Of a stretch of 64,000 bases of DNA, positions 1 through 9,389 are shown piece by piece (the stretch's first letter is position 1; every line of letters begins with the position of its first letter). The position numbers and the translations under genes were made by a program. Source of the stretch: a virus; the IMG/VR virus record IMGVR_UViG_3300030524_000001; one strand, 5' to 3'. Below the pieces are notes generated by a model. The model was not told where the DNA came from and ran no database searches. It saw only the letters and a program-made list of their open reading frames with translations.

Positions 1-149
1 CGCGCACCCACTGCCCGCAGGGCCACCCCTATGCCGGACGGAACCTCATGGTTCGGCCGCGTGGCGGTCGTGACTGCCGGGAGTGTGCCTCCGCCAGAAG
101 CAAGCGCAACTATCTGCGCCGGAAGGCCGAGGTGGCGACTGCCGAGTAG
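1..149 (+). CDS. 3' end of an HNH endonuclease (partial; start lies outside window), antisense to the early operon
   Basis: Frame 3 reads RTHCPQGHPYAGRNLMVRPRGGRDCRECASARSKRNYLRRKAEVATAE* (TAG 147-149). This matches the C-terminal zinc module of the HNH at 47067-47633 (KDVCIRDHEFDEVNTYVNKAGHRVCRAC). Not in the ORF track. Confidence 0.7.
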   Translation, partial: RTHCPQGHPYAGRNLMVRPRGGRDCRECASARSKRNYLRRKAEVATAE

Positions 150-392
150 AACTGGCCTGCCCGCATGGTCGCGGGGGAGTCGGGCAATGCGCGGCGGCGG
201 GGCCGGAAGGGTGTTCACTGCTGCTCCTGTCGTTGCTGTATCTGCCTGGGTGTGAGTGGTTCGGGCTGGCCGGCGCGGTTCCATGGCGCGTGGAGCCGAC
301 ACCGGTGGCCCTCCTGGAACCTGCGGCCGGGTTCGCCGCACGGGCCGGCCGGAGTGCCCCAGGTGCAGGGCAGGAGCTCCGGCCGGTCATGA

Positions 393-932
393 TCAGAACG
401 GGGGTTCGTCACTGAACCCGGCACCCTGCTGCTGGGGTGCCCCACCCCATCCGCCGCCCTGCGCCGACTGCTGCGGCGGGTTGGACGCCCACGGGTCGGC
501 GTGGCCCTGCTGCGGGCGCTGCTGCCCGCCGAAGCCACCAGCGGACTGCTGCTGGGCGCCGGACTTCTGCGCCTTGGTGACCTTGGCGGTGGCGAACTTG
601 AGGCTCGGTGCGATGTCCTCGGCCTCGATCTCGAAGACGGTGCGCTTGGTGCCGTCCTTGGCGTCGTAGGTGCGGGACTTGAGGACACCGACGACGACCC
701 GCATGCCCTTGAGGATCGACTCCGCGACCTGTTCAGCCTGCTGCCGCCACACGTTGACGGTCAGGAACGTGGCCTCGCCATCGACCCAGGTGGAGGTGTC
801 CTTGTTGTACGTCCGGGGCGTGGATGCGACGCGGAACTTCGCTACTGCTGCGCCCGACGGCGTGAAACGCAACTCGGGATCTTCTACTGCATTTCCGACA
901 AAAGTGATCGGGGTCTCTCCGGCCATGGTCAT
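393..932 (-). CDS. ssb: single-stranded DNA-binding protein
   Basis: [40 protein letters not shown]-fold start, Gly/Gln-rich linker, acidic DEPPF tail typical of actinobacterial SSB. Confidence 0.97.
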   Translation of the reverse strand: MTMAGETPITFVGNAVEDPELRFTPSGAAVAKFRVASTPRTYNKDTSTWVDGEATFLTVNVWRQQAEQVAESILKGMRVVVGVLKSRTYDAKDGTKRTVFEIEAEDIAPSLKFATAKVTKAQKSGAQQQSAGGFGGQQRPQQGHADPWASNPPQQSAQGGGWGGAPQQQGAGFSDEPPF

Positions 933-1435
933 GCGCTCCTGAGTTCGTTGGTGTCTTCGGTGGTCTTGGCCTGCCGGACTCCGGCGTCGCGGAGCCAGCT
1001 GCCGACGGTGTGCTCGTTCGCCCCGATGCGGCGGCCGATTTCGGCGCCGTCGATGCCGCGCCGGGCGAGTGCGACGGCGGTGATGTGGCGTTCGTGTTCG
1101 AGGAGCTGGTGGGTGCCGGACGGTGTCGCGGTCTTGGGCGGGATGAGGCTGCGGGGCGTGAGGCGCCCGTACCGGGGCTGTTCGGCGGCGTTGCCGTGTT
1201 CGTCCCAGGTGACGTGCCCGAGGAGGTTGGCGAGCGGGGCGTCGGGGTCGACCATCGCGGCGAGGCTGACGATGACGGCGACCAACTCGACGCGGTCGAG
1301 CGGGTCCAGGGCGTGGGCGACGTCGAGGGCGTCACCATCACCGTGCACGATGCAGGCCATGCGCCCGGCGACGGGCAGCATGCGGTCGGCGAGGTCACCG
1401 CGCTCGGAGGCGGTCAGGACGGTGTCGGTCATCAC
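929..1435 (-). CDS. hypothetical protein with C-terminal helix-turn-helix
   Basis: [28 protein letters not shown] is HTH-like; start trimmed to the GTG/ATG overlapping the RusA stop. Confidence 0.65.
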   Translation of the reverse strand: MMTDTVLTASERGDLADRMLPVAGRMACIVHGDGDALDVAHALDPLDRVELVAVIVSLAAMVDPDAPLANLLGHVTWDEHGNAAEQPRYGRLTPRSLIPPKTATPSGTHQLLEHERHITAVALARRGIDGAEIGRRIGANEHTVGSWLRDAGVRQAKTTEDTNELRSA

Positions 1436-1941
1436 GCGGTCACCGCCTCGGCGAGCGGCCATACCCGGATGATCGCGCCGGGGGAGTCGAGGGCGTCGGG
1501 GTGCGGCGAGACCGAGAAGACCTTCGCCGCCGACAGCTTCACGACCTGTGCGTCGTCGTGCCACCACGACGCCGCCGAAATCGCATCGAGAGACGCCCTG
1601 GCATGGTGGTCGACGTCGGAGGAGTCGCGATTGTCGGGCCACAGGTCGCCGCGCTTCGCCGCAGCCTTGGTGCGTTCGACGGTGACGGTGACGCTCGCGA
1701 CCAGCGGCCCGCTGAGCAGGCCGTGCCGGTTCGTGCGGACACCGCAGACGATGCACACTGGCGGCTTCGCGGGGCCCTTGACGATGCGGTGCGTTCCGGT
1801 GGCCTTCATCGCCGCCGCGGTGACGGCCTCGCGCCACGGCTTGAGGACGGCCTGGTTGGAGTGGATCGCGGGCCGGCCCTTGCCGAGGAACGAGATCGCT
1901 CCCTGGCCGGCGGGTGTCCCGTGGACGGTGATGGTCAGCAT
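1432..1941 (-). CDS. rusA: RusA-like Holliday junction resolvase
   Basis: ITVHGTPAGQG N-terminus; DVDHHARASLDAI...WHDDAQVV acidic catalytic motifs. Confidence 0.85.
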   Translation of the reverse strand: MLTITVHGTPAGQGAISFLGKGRPAIHSNQAVLKPWREAVTAAAMKATGTHRIVKGPAKPPVCIVCGVRTNRHGLLSGPLVASVTVTVERTKAAAKRGDLWPDNRDSSDVDHHARASLDAISAASWWHDDAQVVKLSAAKVFSVSPHPDALDSPGAIIRVWPLAEAVTA

Positions 1942-2243
1942 GCCGCTGCCTCCGCTGCTGCCGTCGCCCGGCGGACCCTGGCCCGGTGGATGCCGAAGCG
2001 CTCGTCGGGCGTGAATCCGGCGTAGATGCCGTGTCGGTAGTGGGCGCTGCTGCCGCCTTCAGCGGCGAGGGCTTCTTCGAGGCAGGCGCGGCGGATGGGG
2101 CAGCGCTGGCAGATCGCGGCGGCGAACTCGGCCTGGATCTTGCCGTCGGTGGTGCCGTAGCTGACGGGGAACCAGAAGTCGGGGTCGTCGTGGCAGAGGG
2201 CGCGGCCGTGCTGCAGGGTGGCGCGGCGGAGGGTGGTGGTCAC
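1935..2243 (-). CDS. whiB: WhiB-family transcriptional regulator
   Basis: C(HDDPDFWFP)...CQRCPIRRAC...GIYAG: four-Cys plus G-[IV]-[WY]-x-G pattern. Confidence 0.9.
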   Translation of the reverse strand: MTTTLRRATLQHGRALCHDDPDFWFPVSYGTTDGKIQAEFAAAICQRCPIRRACLEEALAAEGGSSAHYRHGIYAGFTPDERFGIHRARVRRATAAAEAAAC

Positions 2244-2467
2244 GGCTGGTCCTTCCTTGCGTCGGGTTGCTGTAGTTGGTGTTCGAGTCCGGCGATCTGC
2301 ACGGCGGCTTCGGCCTCGCGGACGAGTTGTTCGGCGAGGGGCTGGAGTTTGGCGTCGGCGCGGGCTTGGGCGAGTTGCTGCTCGGTGCGCCGGACAGCGC
2401 AGGCGAGGAATCCGAGGACGGCCCACGCTGCGGCGGTGCACAGGGCGTTGGTGACGTCGGGGCTCAC
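2240..2467 (-). CDS. small membrane-anchored hypothetical protein
   Basis: N-terminal hydrophobic segment followed by coiled coil; overlaps neighbours at stop/start. Confidence 0.55.
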   Translation of the reverse strand: MSPDVTNALCTAAAWAVLGFLACAVRRTEQQLAQARADAKLQPLAEQLVREAEAAVQIAGLEHQLQQPDARKDQP

Positions 2468-2739
2468 CGGGTGGCTCCCTTCCGGCGGCTGCTGGCGGTG
2501 CGGCTGCCGTACTGGGCGTCCCGGCCGAGGGCTTCCGGGTCGTTCACGACGCCGAGTTCCCGCAGCAGGGTGAGGGTGTCGTTGCGTGCCGCGTCGGTGG
2601 GGTCGTGGACGTCGAGGCCGGGGTGGTGTCGGCGGATTTGGGCGGCGGCCCAGATCCCGGCGCGGCGGATCTCTGCGGCGGTGCTCTTGGTTGTCGACAG
2701 CCAGTTGGCTTCTTCGGCGGGTTCGGGACGGCTGCGCAT
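2464..2739 (-). CDS. hypothetical protein
   Basis: AGGAG RBS, ATG start, coupled to downstream gene. Confidence 0.55.
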   Translation of the reverse strand: MRSRPEPAEEANWLSTTKSTAAEIRRAGIWAAAQIRRHHPGLDVHDPTDAARNDTLTLLRELGVVNDPEALGRDAQYGSRTASSRRKGATR

Positions 2740-2777
2740 CGGTGGCTCCTTCCTGCGGTCTGGGATGGTGGGTGTGT

Positions 2778-2806
2778 CGGGCAGCCCGTTTGGGGCGGGC
2801 TGCCCG
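2778..2806. terminator. GC-rich hairpin, possible terminator or attenuator within the early operon
   Basis: CGGGCAGCCCG / CGGGCTGCCCG 11-bp stem in an intergenic gap. Confidence 0.5.
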
Positions 2807-2809
2807 GCG

Positions 2810-3094
2810 TCAGTTGGGTTCGTCGGTGCTGTCGAGGTCGTAGAGCTGTTCGCACAGGTCGGTGAGCTCGCCGGGGTGGTTGGCGGCCCAGGCGTGCATC
2901 TGGGCGATGTGCTGGCGGCGCGGGTCGAGGTTGCGGCAGAGGGCGGCGAAGTCGCGGGTGGCCTGGTCGGAGTTGCGGCGCATCTGTGCGGAGTCGGCCC
3001 GGATCGCGGTGAGGATCTTCGCGGCGTGGCGCAGCAGGAGCAGGACGCCGATCGTGACGATGGCGATGGCTGCCCCGAACTCGATGGTGATCAC
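2810..3094 (-). CDS. membrane-anchored hypothetical protein
   Basis: MITIEFGAAIAIVTIGVLLLL hydrophobic N-terminus; GTGA overlap with upstream gene. Confidence 0.55.
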   Translation of the reverse strand: MITIEFGAAIAIVTIGVLLLLRHAAKILTAIRADSAQMRRNSDQATRDFAALCRNLDPRRQHIAQMHAWAANHPGELTDLCEQLYDLDSTDEPN

Positions 3095-3405
3095 CGGTGC
3101 TCCTTCGCGGCCGGGAGGGCGTACAGGGCGTCGAGGCGCCGGATTTCGTCCTGGCGGGCCTGTTCGCGGGCGTCGTAGGCGTCGAGGACAGCGGCCATCG
3201 TGGGGACGGTGTCGTGGGCCCAGCCGGGCCGGTGCTCGCACGTGCACCAGGGCTCGGTGTCGACGGTGCAGGCGCCGTACACGTCGGGCTCGGCGGCAGC
3301 GACGGCGGTCACGGCGGCGGCGAGGTACGTCGCCAGGTCGAGGCGGATCGCGATACGGGCAGCCGTGTCACCGATCCACTGAGCGGCGGCCAGGAAGAGG
3401 TTCAC
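3091..3405 (-). CDS. hypothetical protein
   Basis: GTGA-coupled ORF with C-x-C-x-H motif. Confidence 0.5.
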   Translation of the reverse strand: MNLFLAAAQWIGDTAARIAIRLDLATYLAAAVTAVAAAEPDVYGACTVDTEPWCTCEHRPGWAHDTVPTMAAVLDAYDAREQARQDEIRRLDALYALPAAKEHR

Positions 3406-3581
3406 CGTCGCCCCTCCCGCCATGCGCGCTGCGCGTCCATGCGGGCCCGCCGGGCACGGGCGTCACGGCGGCGTTCGACCGCGTCGCGCCACGACACCCA
3501 GCACGCTGCGACGCCGAGCCCGAGGACGATGCAGGCGAGGAGCACGACGGGCAGCACCGCGTCGAAGTAGGGGTGGCTCAC
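3402..3581 (-). CDS. small single-pass membrane protein
   Basis: Translated by hand: MSHPYFDAVLPVVLLACIVLGLGVAACWVSWRDAVERRR...; GTGA overlaps at both ends; not in ORF track. Confidence 0.55.
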   Translation of the reverse strand: MSHPYFDAVLPVVLLACIVLGLGVAACWVSWRDAVERRRDARARRARMDAQRAWREGRR

Positions 3582-3706
3582 TTCTGGACCCCGTCCTTGT
3601 CGCCGTCGGGCCAGAACCCGTACGCGAGCAGGGCGGCGATGATGCTGACGGTGACGATGATCGATAGCCGCAGGTGGTGGGCAAGGAAGTTCAAAACGTC
3701 GAGCAC
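3578..3706 (-). CDS. small single-pass membrane protein
   Basis: MLDVLNFLAHHLRLSIIVTVSIIAALLAYGFWPDGDKDGVQK with AAAGGA RBS. Confidence 0.5.
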   Translation of the reverse strand: MLDVLNFLAHHLRLSIIVTVSIIAALLAYGFWPDGDKDGVQK

Positions 3707-3771
3707 GGAGGTTCCTTTCGAGGTGGCCGCCGCCGGGAGGGGGAGGCTCGGCGGCGGCCGGACGGGATGGC

Positions 3772-4527
3772 TTACGGGGTGGCGAGGATGCCCTTGGTGC
3801 GGGCGGCGGCGAGCCACTGCGGGAACTCGTGCATGAGGCCGTCGTAGAGTTCGGCGTCGGTGAGGTTCGCGGGGTGGTCGCCGACGGCGAAGAGGCTGGC
3901 GTTGTCGACGACGCGGCGGTCGAGGGTGTCGAGGTCCTGCAGGAACGCGAAGTGGCTGCCGAAGCCGAGGAAACTCCAGAAGATCGGCAGCGCGGACGCG
4001 GACCGGATCGCGGACCGCACGAGGTCTTCGGTGCCGGGGTTGGGTTCGCCGTCGGTCTGGAACACGACGAACGCCGGGTCGGTGGCCTTCGCGGCGGTGT
4101 AGTGCCGGATCACGGCGTTGATCGCGGCGTCGTAGCGGGTGCCGCCCATCGAGCCGAGGCGCTGGTGCTCGCGGGTGATGACGCCCCGGTAGTCGTCCAA
4201 CGACACCTCGACGGCGGGGTAGGCGACGTTGTCGAAGAAGATGACGGGGACGATGCCGTCGTCGTCCAAGTTCGCAGACAGGCCCAGCGTCTGCTCGGCG
4301 AGGCGCTGCACCGCCCCGGACTGGTAGTGGCCGGCCATGGACCCGGACCGGTCCGCGACCAGGTACACGGCGGCACGGGTGCCGAGCAGGCCCTTCTTCT
4401 CCAGGCTGATCGCGGCCTTCTTGACCAGGCTCGTCAACGCCGGGGCCTGCGACTGCGGGACCTGGTGCGTGGCCGGCGGCTCCTCGAACACGGTGGCGGG
4501 CTTGGCCTTGCGGGCGAAGAGGCTCAT
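3772..4527 (-). CDS. vWA domain protein (TerF-like vWA family)
   Basis: VKKAAISLEKKGL...AVYLVADRSGSM MIDAS DxSxS, FQTDGEP, PIFWSFLGFG, DNA; pattern of the Ter-associated vWA family. Confidence 0.85.
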   Translation of the reverse strand: MSLFARKAKPATVFEEPPATHQVPQSQAPALTSLVKKAAISLEKKGLLGTRAAVYLVADRSGSMAGHYQSGAVQRLAEQTLGLSANLDDDGIVPVIFFDNVAYPAVEVSLDDYRGVITREHQRLGSMGGTRYDAAINAVIRHYTAAKATDPAFVVFQTDGEPNPGTEDLVRSAIRSASALPIFWSFLGFGSHFAFLQDLDTLDRRVVDNASLFAVGDHPANLTDAELYDGLMHEFPQWLAAARTKGILATP

Positions 4528-4603
4528 CTTGATCTCCTTGCGAGGGTTGAGGGTTGGGGTGGCTCCGGCGGTCGGGGGCCCGCCGGAGCCGGACTGTGGG
4601 CGG

Positions 4604-5221
4604 TCAGCTGGCGTCGGTACGCTCGTCCTCGGTGAAGGCGTAGAGCCCGGACGAGGTGCCGCGGGCGACCATGCGCCCGGCTGAGGTCATCGAGTCGGTG
4701 GTGTTCGCGGAGGCGTAGGAGAGCGTCGTGCCGCGGGCGATGCCCATGCCTCCGGCGGCGGCGAACGCGTCCTGGTCGGCGCCGAGAAAAACGAAGCGCC
4801 AGGCGAACGACTCCTGCTGAGCGGTGATCATCTGCTTGACGGTGGCGAGACTGAACTCGCGGGACTGGTTCTCCTCGCCGTCGGTGAGGATCACGACGAT
4901 GACCTCGCCCGGCCGGTCGTCCTCGGCCTTCGCGGCCAGTTGCGCGCCCACGGTGGAGATGGTCCGGCCGACCGCGTCGAGCAGGGCGGTGCCGCCGCGC
5001 GGCAGGAGCTGGTAGTCGGGGACGTCGGCGAGCGGCAGATTCTCGTAGACGGGCTCGTACTCGGTGTCGAACTGGTACAGCGACACGGTCGTCTCGCCGG
5101 GTGCTGCCTGCTGCTCGGCGAGGAACGCCTTCAGGCCGCCCTCGGTGTCCGTCTTGACGCTGTACATGGAGCCGGAGCGGTCGAGGACGATGGCGATGTG
5201 CCGCAGGTCGGGATTGGTCAC
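4604..5221 (-). CDS. vWA domain protein
   Basis: IVLDRSGSM, PRGGTALLDA, VILTDGEENQSRE, FVFLGADQDA. Confidence 0.9.
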   Translation of the reverse strand: MTNPDLRHIAIVLDRSGSMYSVKTDTEGGLKAFLAEQQAAPGETTVSLYQFDTEYEPVYENLPLADVPDYQLLPRGGTALLDAVGRTISTVGAQLAAKAEDDRPGEVIVVILTDGEENQSREFSLATVKQMITAQQESFAWRFVFLGADQDAFAAAGGMGIARGTTLSYASANTTDSMTSAGRMVARGTSSGLYAFTEDERTDAS

Positions 5222-5281
5222 GGTGGTCTCCTTGTGGGTTGGGGTTGGCCGCCCGGGTCGCTGGACGGGCGGCCGGGATGG

Positions 5282-5887
5282 TCAGCGGGTGAGTTGGACG
5301 CTCTGCCAGCCGCCGGTACCGGGCACACCAGTCGCGGGGGCGACCGTCTTGAGGTCGTCCGAGGCGAGCGGGTCGCCGGGCAGCTTGGGCTTCCAGATGA
5401 CGAGCTGCTGCTCGACGAGGTGCGCGGGCGGCAGCGGCGGCTGCCTGGGCTTCGGCGGGACCGTGTCGGCGGCAGGCTGGAGGTGCACAGCCGCAGACGG
5501 GTCGTCGACGGCGGGCAGCATCGCCGTCCGGTCCTCGCCGATCGCAGCCCACAGCGAGGACACCGCCACGGCCTGCGTCTTCTCGTTGACCGACACGATC
5601 GGCTCCTGCCGTGCAAGCCCGTGCGGCGCGGCAACAGGCGCAGCCTCCAAGACCTTGATCTGCTCGCGCAGCTGGCCGATCTGGCACCACGGGCACTCAC
5701 CTGGCACGCCGTCCGTCCACCACACCGGATGCTCCGCCTCGGACGCGTGGCAGAACACCTGCACCAGGTGGCGGCGTGCGCCGAGAAGCCCCTCCAGTTC
5801 CCTGACGCGGTGCTGCGGCCAGTCCACCGAGTGCTTGCCCGGGGCCTTCTCAGGCTGCTCCGGCAGCCAGAACAGGAACCTCCTCAC
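5282..5887 (-). CDS. hypothetical Pro-rich protein
   Basis: GTGA-coupled ORF containing a CPWC motif. Confidence 0.5.
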   Translation of the reverse strand: MRRFLFWLPEQPEKAPGKHSVDWPQHRVRELEGLLGARRHLVQVFCHASEAEHPVWWTDGVPGECPWCQIGQLREQIKVLEAAPVAAPHGLARQEPIVSVNEKTQAVAVSSLWAAIGEDRTAMLPAVDDPSAAVHLQPAADTVPPKPRQPPLPPAHLVEQQLVIWKPKLPGDPLASDDLKTVAPATGVPGTGGWQSVQLTR

Positions 5888-6339
5888 GACGCCACCGCCT
5901 GTCCGGCCAGGTTCTCCAGCGCGTCGTCGGCGTGCCGCTCGATACGCCGGACCTGCTCCAGGACGTCCGCATAGTGGCCGTGACGCCCAGCGGCGTCCCG
6001 GGCGAAACCCTCGGCCAGGGCCGCGGCCTGCCCCTGGGTGAAGCGGTACACCGACCCGAGTGGCATGCCGGATTTCCAGTCGCGCCACTCGCGGCCGTCC
6101 CACCACGACACCGACCGGAACCCGGCGTTGTTGTCCTGCACCGACCAGGCGTCGCCGTAGCGTCGGGCGGCGATGAATGCGGCCACGCCGGCGAAGTGCC
6201 CGGAGATCAGGAACCGGCGCTCGTACACGGTGTCGTCGTCGGCACGGTCGCGGTCCGCGAGCTGCGCTTCGAGGCGGGCGATCTGCTGGCGCAGGAGTTG
6301 CGTCGGAGTGAGGCGGTGGTGTGGCTTCGAGGGGTTCAT
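5884..6339 (-). CDS. hypothetical protein
   Basis: GAGAGGA RBS, ATG at 6339 overlapping upstream stop (ATGA). Confidence 0.55.
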   Translation of the reverse strand: MNPSKPHHRLTPTQLLRQQIARLEAQLADRDRADDDTVYERRFLISGHFAGVAAFIAARRYGDAWSVQDNNAGFRSVSWWDGREWRDWKSGMPLGSVYRFTQGQAAALAEGFARDAAGRHGHYADVLEQVRRIERHADDALENLAGQAVAS

Positions 6340-6512
6340 CGGATGTTCCTCTCGGGTTCGGGGTTGACGTATTCGGACTGGCAGGTGAGGCAGCGGTAGC
6401 CGTGGCGGCCGATCGCGGCGGGGTGGCTGCCGCGGCAGTTGAAGCAGTCGCGGGGCTCGATCGGCTGGCGCAGGTCGACGGGGATGGTGCGCTCGGACAG
6501 GACGGCGGTCAT
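6336..6512 (-). CDS. small zinc-ribbon protein
   Basis: Translated by hand: ...RDCFNCRGSHPAAIGRHGYRCLTCQSEY...; two CxxC; ATGA overlaps at both ends. Confidence 0.55.
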   Translation of the reverse strand: MTAVLSERTIPVDLRQPIEPRDCFNCRGSHPAAIGRHGYRCLTCQSEYVNPEPERNIR

Positions 6513-6946
6513 CTGCGGTCACCCGCCTTCCAGTCGGCGAGCGCCGTCTCGAACTGCTCCTGGCCGTCCCAGGTGGGTGCGGGCCGGTCGGGGTCGTCGG
6601 GGAGCGGCAGGCTGTCGGTGGCGCCGGTGAGCAGCTGGTGCACGGCGGCGGCGACCAGGGCGGCCGGCGGGGTGAGCCCGGCGCAGAGTTCGCGGAAGCC
6701 GTCGGGGCCGTGGAGTGTCGTGTACTGCCAGCCGTCGACCTCGCCCCAGGCGATGGCCCAGCCGGTGCCGTCGTCGTCCTCGACTTCCAGTACGGCGTCC
6801 AGCTCGCCGTCGGAGGCGATGTCGCTGGCCTCCGCGTCGATGTCGAAACCGAGCTGCTCGATGCGGTCGGCTACCTCGTCGATGTAGTCCTGGTGGAGCG
6901 GTGGCCCGAGGGTGACGGTGATCGGGCCGAGGCGGTGCGTGCTCAT
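6509..6946 (-). CDS. acidic hypothetical protein
   Basis: AGGAG RBS, ATG at 6946, normal globular composition. Confidence 0.6.
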   Translation of the reverse strand: MSTHRLGPITVTLGPPLHQDYIDEVADRIEQLGFDIDAEASDIASDGELDAVLEVEDDDGTGWAIAWGEVDGWQYTTLHGPDGFRELCAGLTPPAALVAAAVHQLLTGATDSLPLPDDPDRPAPTWDGQEQFETALADWKAGDRR

Positions 6947-7035
6947 CGGGTGTCTCCTGAGGGTTGAGCGGGCTGGTGCTTCTGGTGTGACCTGGCGGGG
7001 AGCGGTCGTCCCCGCAGGTCGGGTGGGGCGGGTGG

Positions 7036-7467
7036 TCAGGTGCGCTGCCGGTTCGGCGGCAGGCCGAGCGATGTCCGGGTCTTCCACGCGGTCGAGCGGC
7101 TCACGTTCAGGCGCGCGGCGATGTCCTGGTCGATGAGGCCCTGCGCGTTCAGTACCGTCACCAGGTATCTGCGCTCCTCGACCGTGAGGACCCGCGACGG
7201 CAGACGGCCTTCCAGGACGCTGCGGATCACATCCGGGTCGTCGGCCTGCGCGGGAAGGACCCGCACCCGGCGCGGCTCGCGGCGGCAGGGCGGCGGCGGG
7301 GTGACCTTGTTCGCGCACGGCGCCGGACATGAGGCGCACAGGCTCGCGGCGACCTTGCGGGCGTCCCGGACCGCTTCGGCCTTCCCGTACGTGGTGTGCA
7401 GTGCCAGGTCGTAGATGCGGTGCTTGCCGCGGCATGGAGTCGGCGGGGCGTCGAGGGTGACGGTCAC
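7036..7467 (-). CDS. Cys-containing protein with C-terminal HTH (degenerate WhiB-like N-terminus)
   Basis: PC...LCASCPAPC then GLIDQDIAARLNVSRSTAWKTR. Confidence 0.6.
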   Translation of the reverse strand: MTVTLDAPPTPCRGKHRIYDLALHTTYGKAEAVRDARKVAASLCASCPAPCANKVTPPPPCRREPRRVRVLPAQADDPDVIRSVLEGRLPSRVLTVEERRYLVTVLNAQGLIDQDIAARLNVSRSTAWKTRTSLGLPPNRQRT

Positions 7468-7649
7468 GACAGGCCCCCGTTCCGGTCGGTGCAGGCGCAC
7501 GTCGGGTTGAGGACGGACTTGAGGTACTGCTGGCCGCAGCGCAGGCACACCGCGAAGTCCTGCCGCAGGAGCGGGGCACCGGGGCGCCAGCCCGCGCTGG
7601 GCGGGGCGGTCGGGCGCAGGAGCGCCGCAAGGGCGCGCAGCCCGGTCAC
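7464..7649 (-). CDS. small Cys-rich hypothetical protein
   Basis: CLRC...CAC; GTGA-coupled. Confidence 0.45.
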   Translation of the reverse strand: MTGLRALAALLRPTAPPSAGWRPGAPLLRQDFAVCLRCGQQYLKSVLNPTCACTDRNGGLS

Positions 7650-7909
7650 AGCGCACCGCCGTCCGTGCTGCTCATCCACGCGCGCAGGTCATCCGGCAGA
7701 CCGTCCGGCACCCACTGCAGAAGCAGCAGACCCGACTCGTCCAGCGGCGGGAACGCACCGCAGGCGTCGAACTCCGGGTACGGCAGGCACACCTGCCCGG
7801 CCGCGGCACGGCGGGCAAGGCGACGCTCCAGCGCATCCGAGGCCCGGTCGAGGACCTGGACCACAGCCAGGCCGACAGCGAAGACGAGACGGTTCGGGCG
7901 GGCGGTCAT
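7646..7909 (-). CDS. hypothetical protein
   Basis: ATGA-coupled to the exonuclease stop. Confidence 0.45.
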   Translation of the reverse strand: MTARPNRLVFAVGLAVVQVLDRASDALERRLARRAAAGQVCLPYPEFDACGAFPPLDESGLLLLQWVPDGLPDDLRAWMSSTDGGAL

Positions 7910-8736
7910 GACCCACCTCGCAGCGGCCACGAGCCGTCGATCACGGCGGTCGCGTCGTACTTCTCGCCGGCCTTCGCCGGATTCCGCAGCCACGCCTGAT
8001 ACGACCGGGCATCAGCCGCAGCCCAGCGGACCTGGCGGCGGTGCAGCTCGTCGACATCGACGCGCAGGTCGTCGAAGTGCTCGTACGGGCCGTACTGGCT
8101 CACCAGGGCCCGCACCCACGCCGGGCGCTCGGCGGCAGGCATTGCCGCGATGGCGCCCATCTTCCAGGCGGCCTGCGCCGACTTCATCGCGTCATACGTC
8201 GCACCGTGGGCCTGCTGCTCGTCCCAGCCGAGGCCGTACACCTCGGCGGTCGTCCGCATCTGGTACGGGCCCTGCGTCTCCGAGACCTTCTTGCGGAACG
8301 GGGCGCAGTGCCGGTCAAGGACGAGCGTGTCGATGACCGGTCCGACTGGCTGCCCGCAGAGGTCTGTGAGCGCGCCGAGGCCGTGTCGCCTGCACTCGAA
8401 GTCCAGCAGGTTCAGGTCGAACGAGCCCAGATTGTGCCCGACCAGCGGAATGCCGTCCTGCACGACCTTGCTCACGGCGGCAGCGATCTGCTGCACGCCC
8501 TCGGCGGCGGGCTGGCCGTGCTCGGCCAGATAGTCGTCCGTGAGGCCATGCACCTTGATCGCACCCGGCTCCTGCGCGATGCCCGGGTTGATCACCCACT
8601 CGAACGTCTCCGTCGGCTGGCCGCCCCCGACCAGGATCAGGGCGCACGACACGATCCGCGCCGACTCCACCAGCTTGTCCGAGGCCTCGAAGTCGAGGCC
8701 AGCCATGCGGGACAGGTACCACGGGGTGGCGTTCAT
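7906..8736 (-). CDS. DnaQ-like (DEDDh) 3'-5' exonuclease
   Basis: GLDFEAS (ExoI), VGHNLGSFDL (ExoII), AHGATYDA (ExoIII); VHGLTD. Confidence 0.9.
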   Translation of the reverse strand: MNATPWYLSRMAGLDFEASDKLVESARIVSCALILVGGGQPTETFEWVINPGIAQEPGAIKVHGLTDDYLAEHGQPAAEGVQQIAAAVSKVVQDGIPLVGHNLGSFDLNLLDFECRRHGLGALTDLCGQPVGPVIDTLVLDRHCAPFRKKVSETQGPYQMRTTAEVYGLGWDEQQAHGATYDAMKSAQAAWKMGAIAAMPAAERPAWVRALVSQYGPYEHFDDLRVDVDELHRRQVRWAAADARSYQAWLRNPAKAGEKYDATAVIDGSWPLRGGS

Positions 8737-9251
8737 GCGGTCGCCTCCGGTCGCTTGATCCACGGCTGGTCGTTGCGGTGCGCGTCCAGGGCCTCGCTCG
8801 CGCGCTGCAGGATCGCCAGCTGCTCCGTCAGTGCACGGCGGGCATCGCGCTCGTCACGCGCCAGCTGCAGCGGGTCCTTCTCCGCCTCCGGAGTCCACAC
8901 CGGGGCGTCCGACAGGCGGCTGATGGCGTCCACGGCGGCGTTGCGTTCCTCGGCGAGGCCCCGCAGCGTCTCGTCGCGCATCGCGATCTGACGCTGCAGC
9001 TCGGCGACCGTAGGGGCGTCCGCCAGCTGGCGTTCCAGCGTCTTGACCTGGTTCTTCAGGCCCGTCACCTGCGCTGAATCGATCATCCCGGCGGCGCGGG
9101 TCGCGAAGCCCAGAGTCTCCTTCGCCGCCCTGTTGGCTGCTTCCAGCTCGCCGACACGCCTCCGCAGCCGGACGCACTCCGCATGCTCGGTGTCGCGCTC
9201 CCCTTCAACCTCGCGCAGATGACGACTGGTCGTGACGGGCAGTAGCTGCAT
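8733..9251 (-). CDS. coiled-coil hypothetical protein
   Basis: Heptad-rich ORF, GAGAGG RBS, ATGA overlap with exonuclease start. Confidence 0.6.
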   Translation of the reverse strand: MQLLPVTTSRHLREVEGERDTEHAECVRLRRRVGELEAANRAAKETLGFATRAAGMIDSAQVTGLKNQVKTLERQLADAPTVAELQRQIAMRDETLRGLAEERNAAVDAISRLSDAPVWTPEAEKDPLQLARDERDARRALTEQLAILQRASEALDAHRNDQPWIKRPEATA

Positions 9252-9389
9252 GGCCCTCTCCTCTCTCGGGTGGTGGGGTGGTGCGGTTGATCGCGGCGTC
9301 GCACAGGTCGCGGTCGGCGAGGCGCTGCTGCAGTTGCTCCAGCAGCGTCGGCGGCTCCGCCTCGGCCGGGCTGAGGTTCACGGGCTGAC

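Noticed and set aside
46-390. 114-aa minus-strand ORF after ssb
   Set aside because: Low-complexity translation that overlaps the antisense HNH end. A neighbouring frame (PCTWGTPAGPCGEP...HRCRLHAPW) looks more protein-like but has no clear start, so I cannot decide which, if either, is real.
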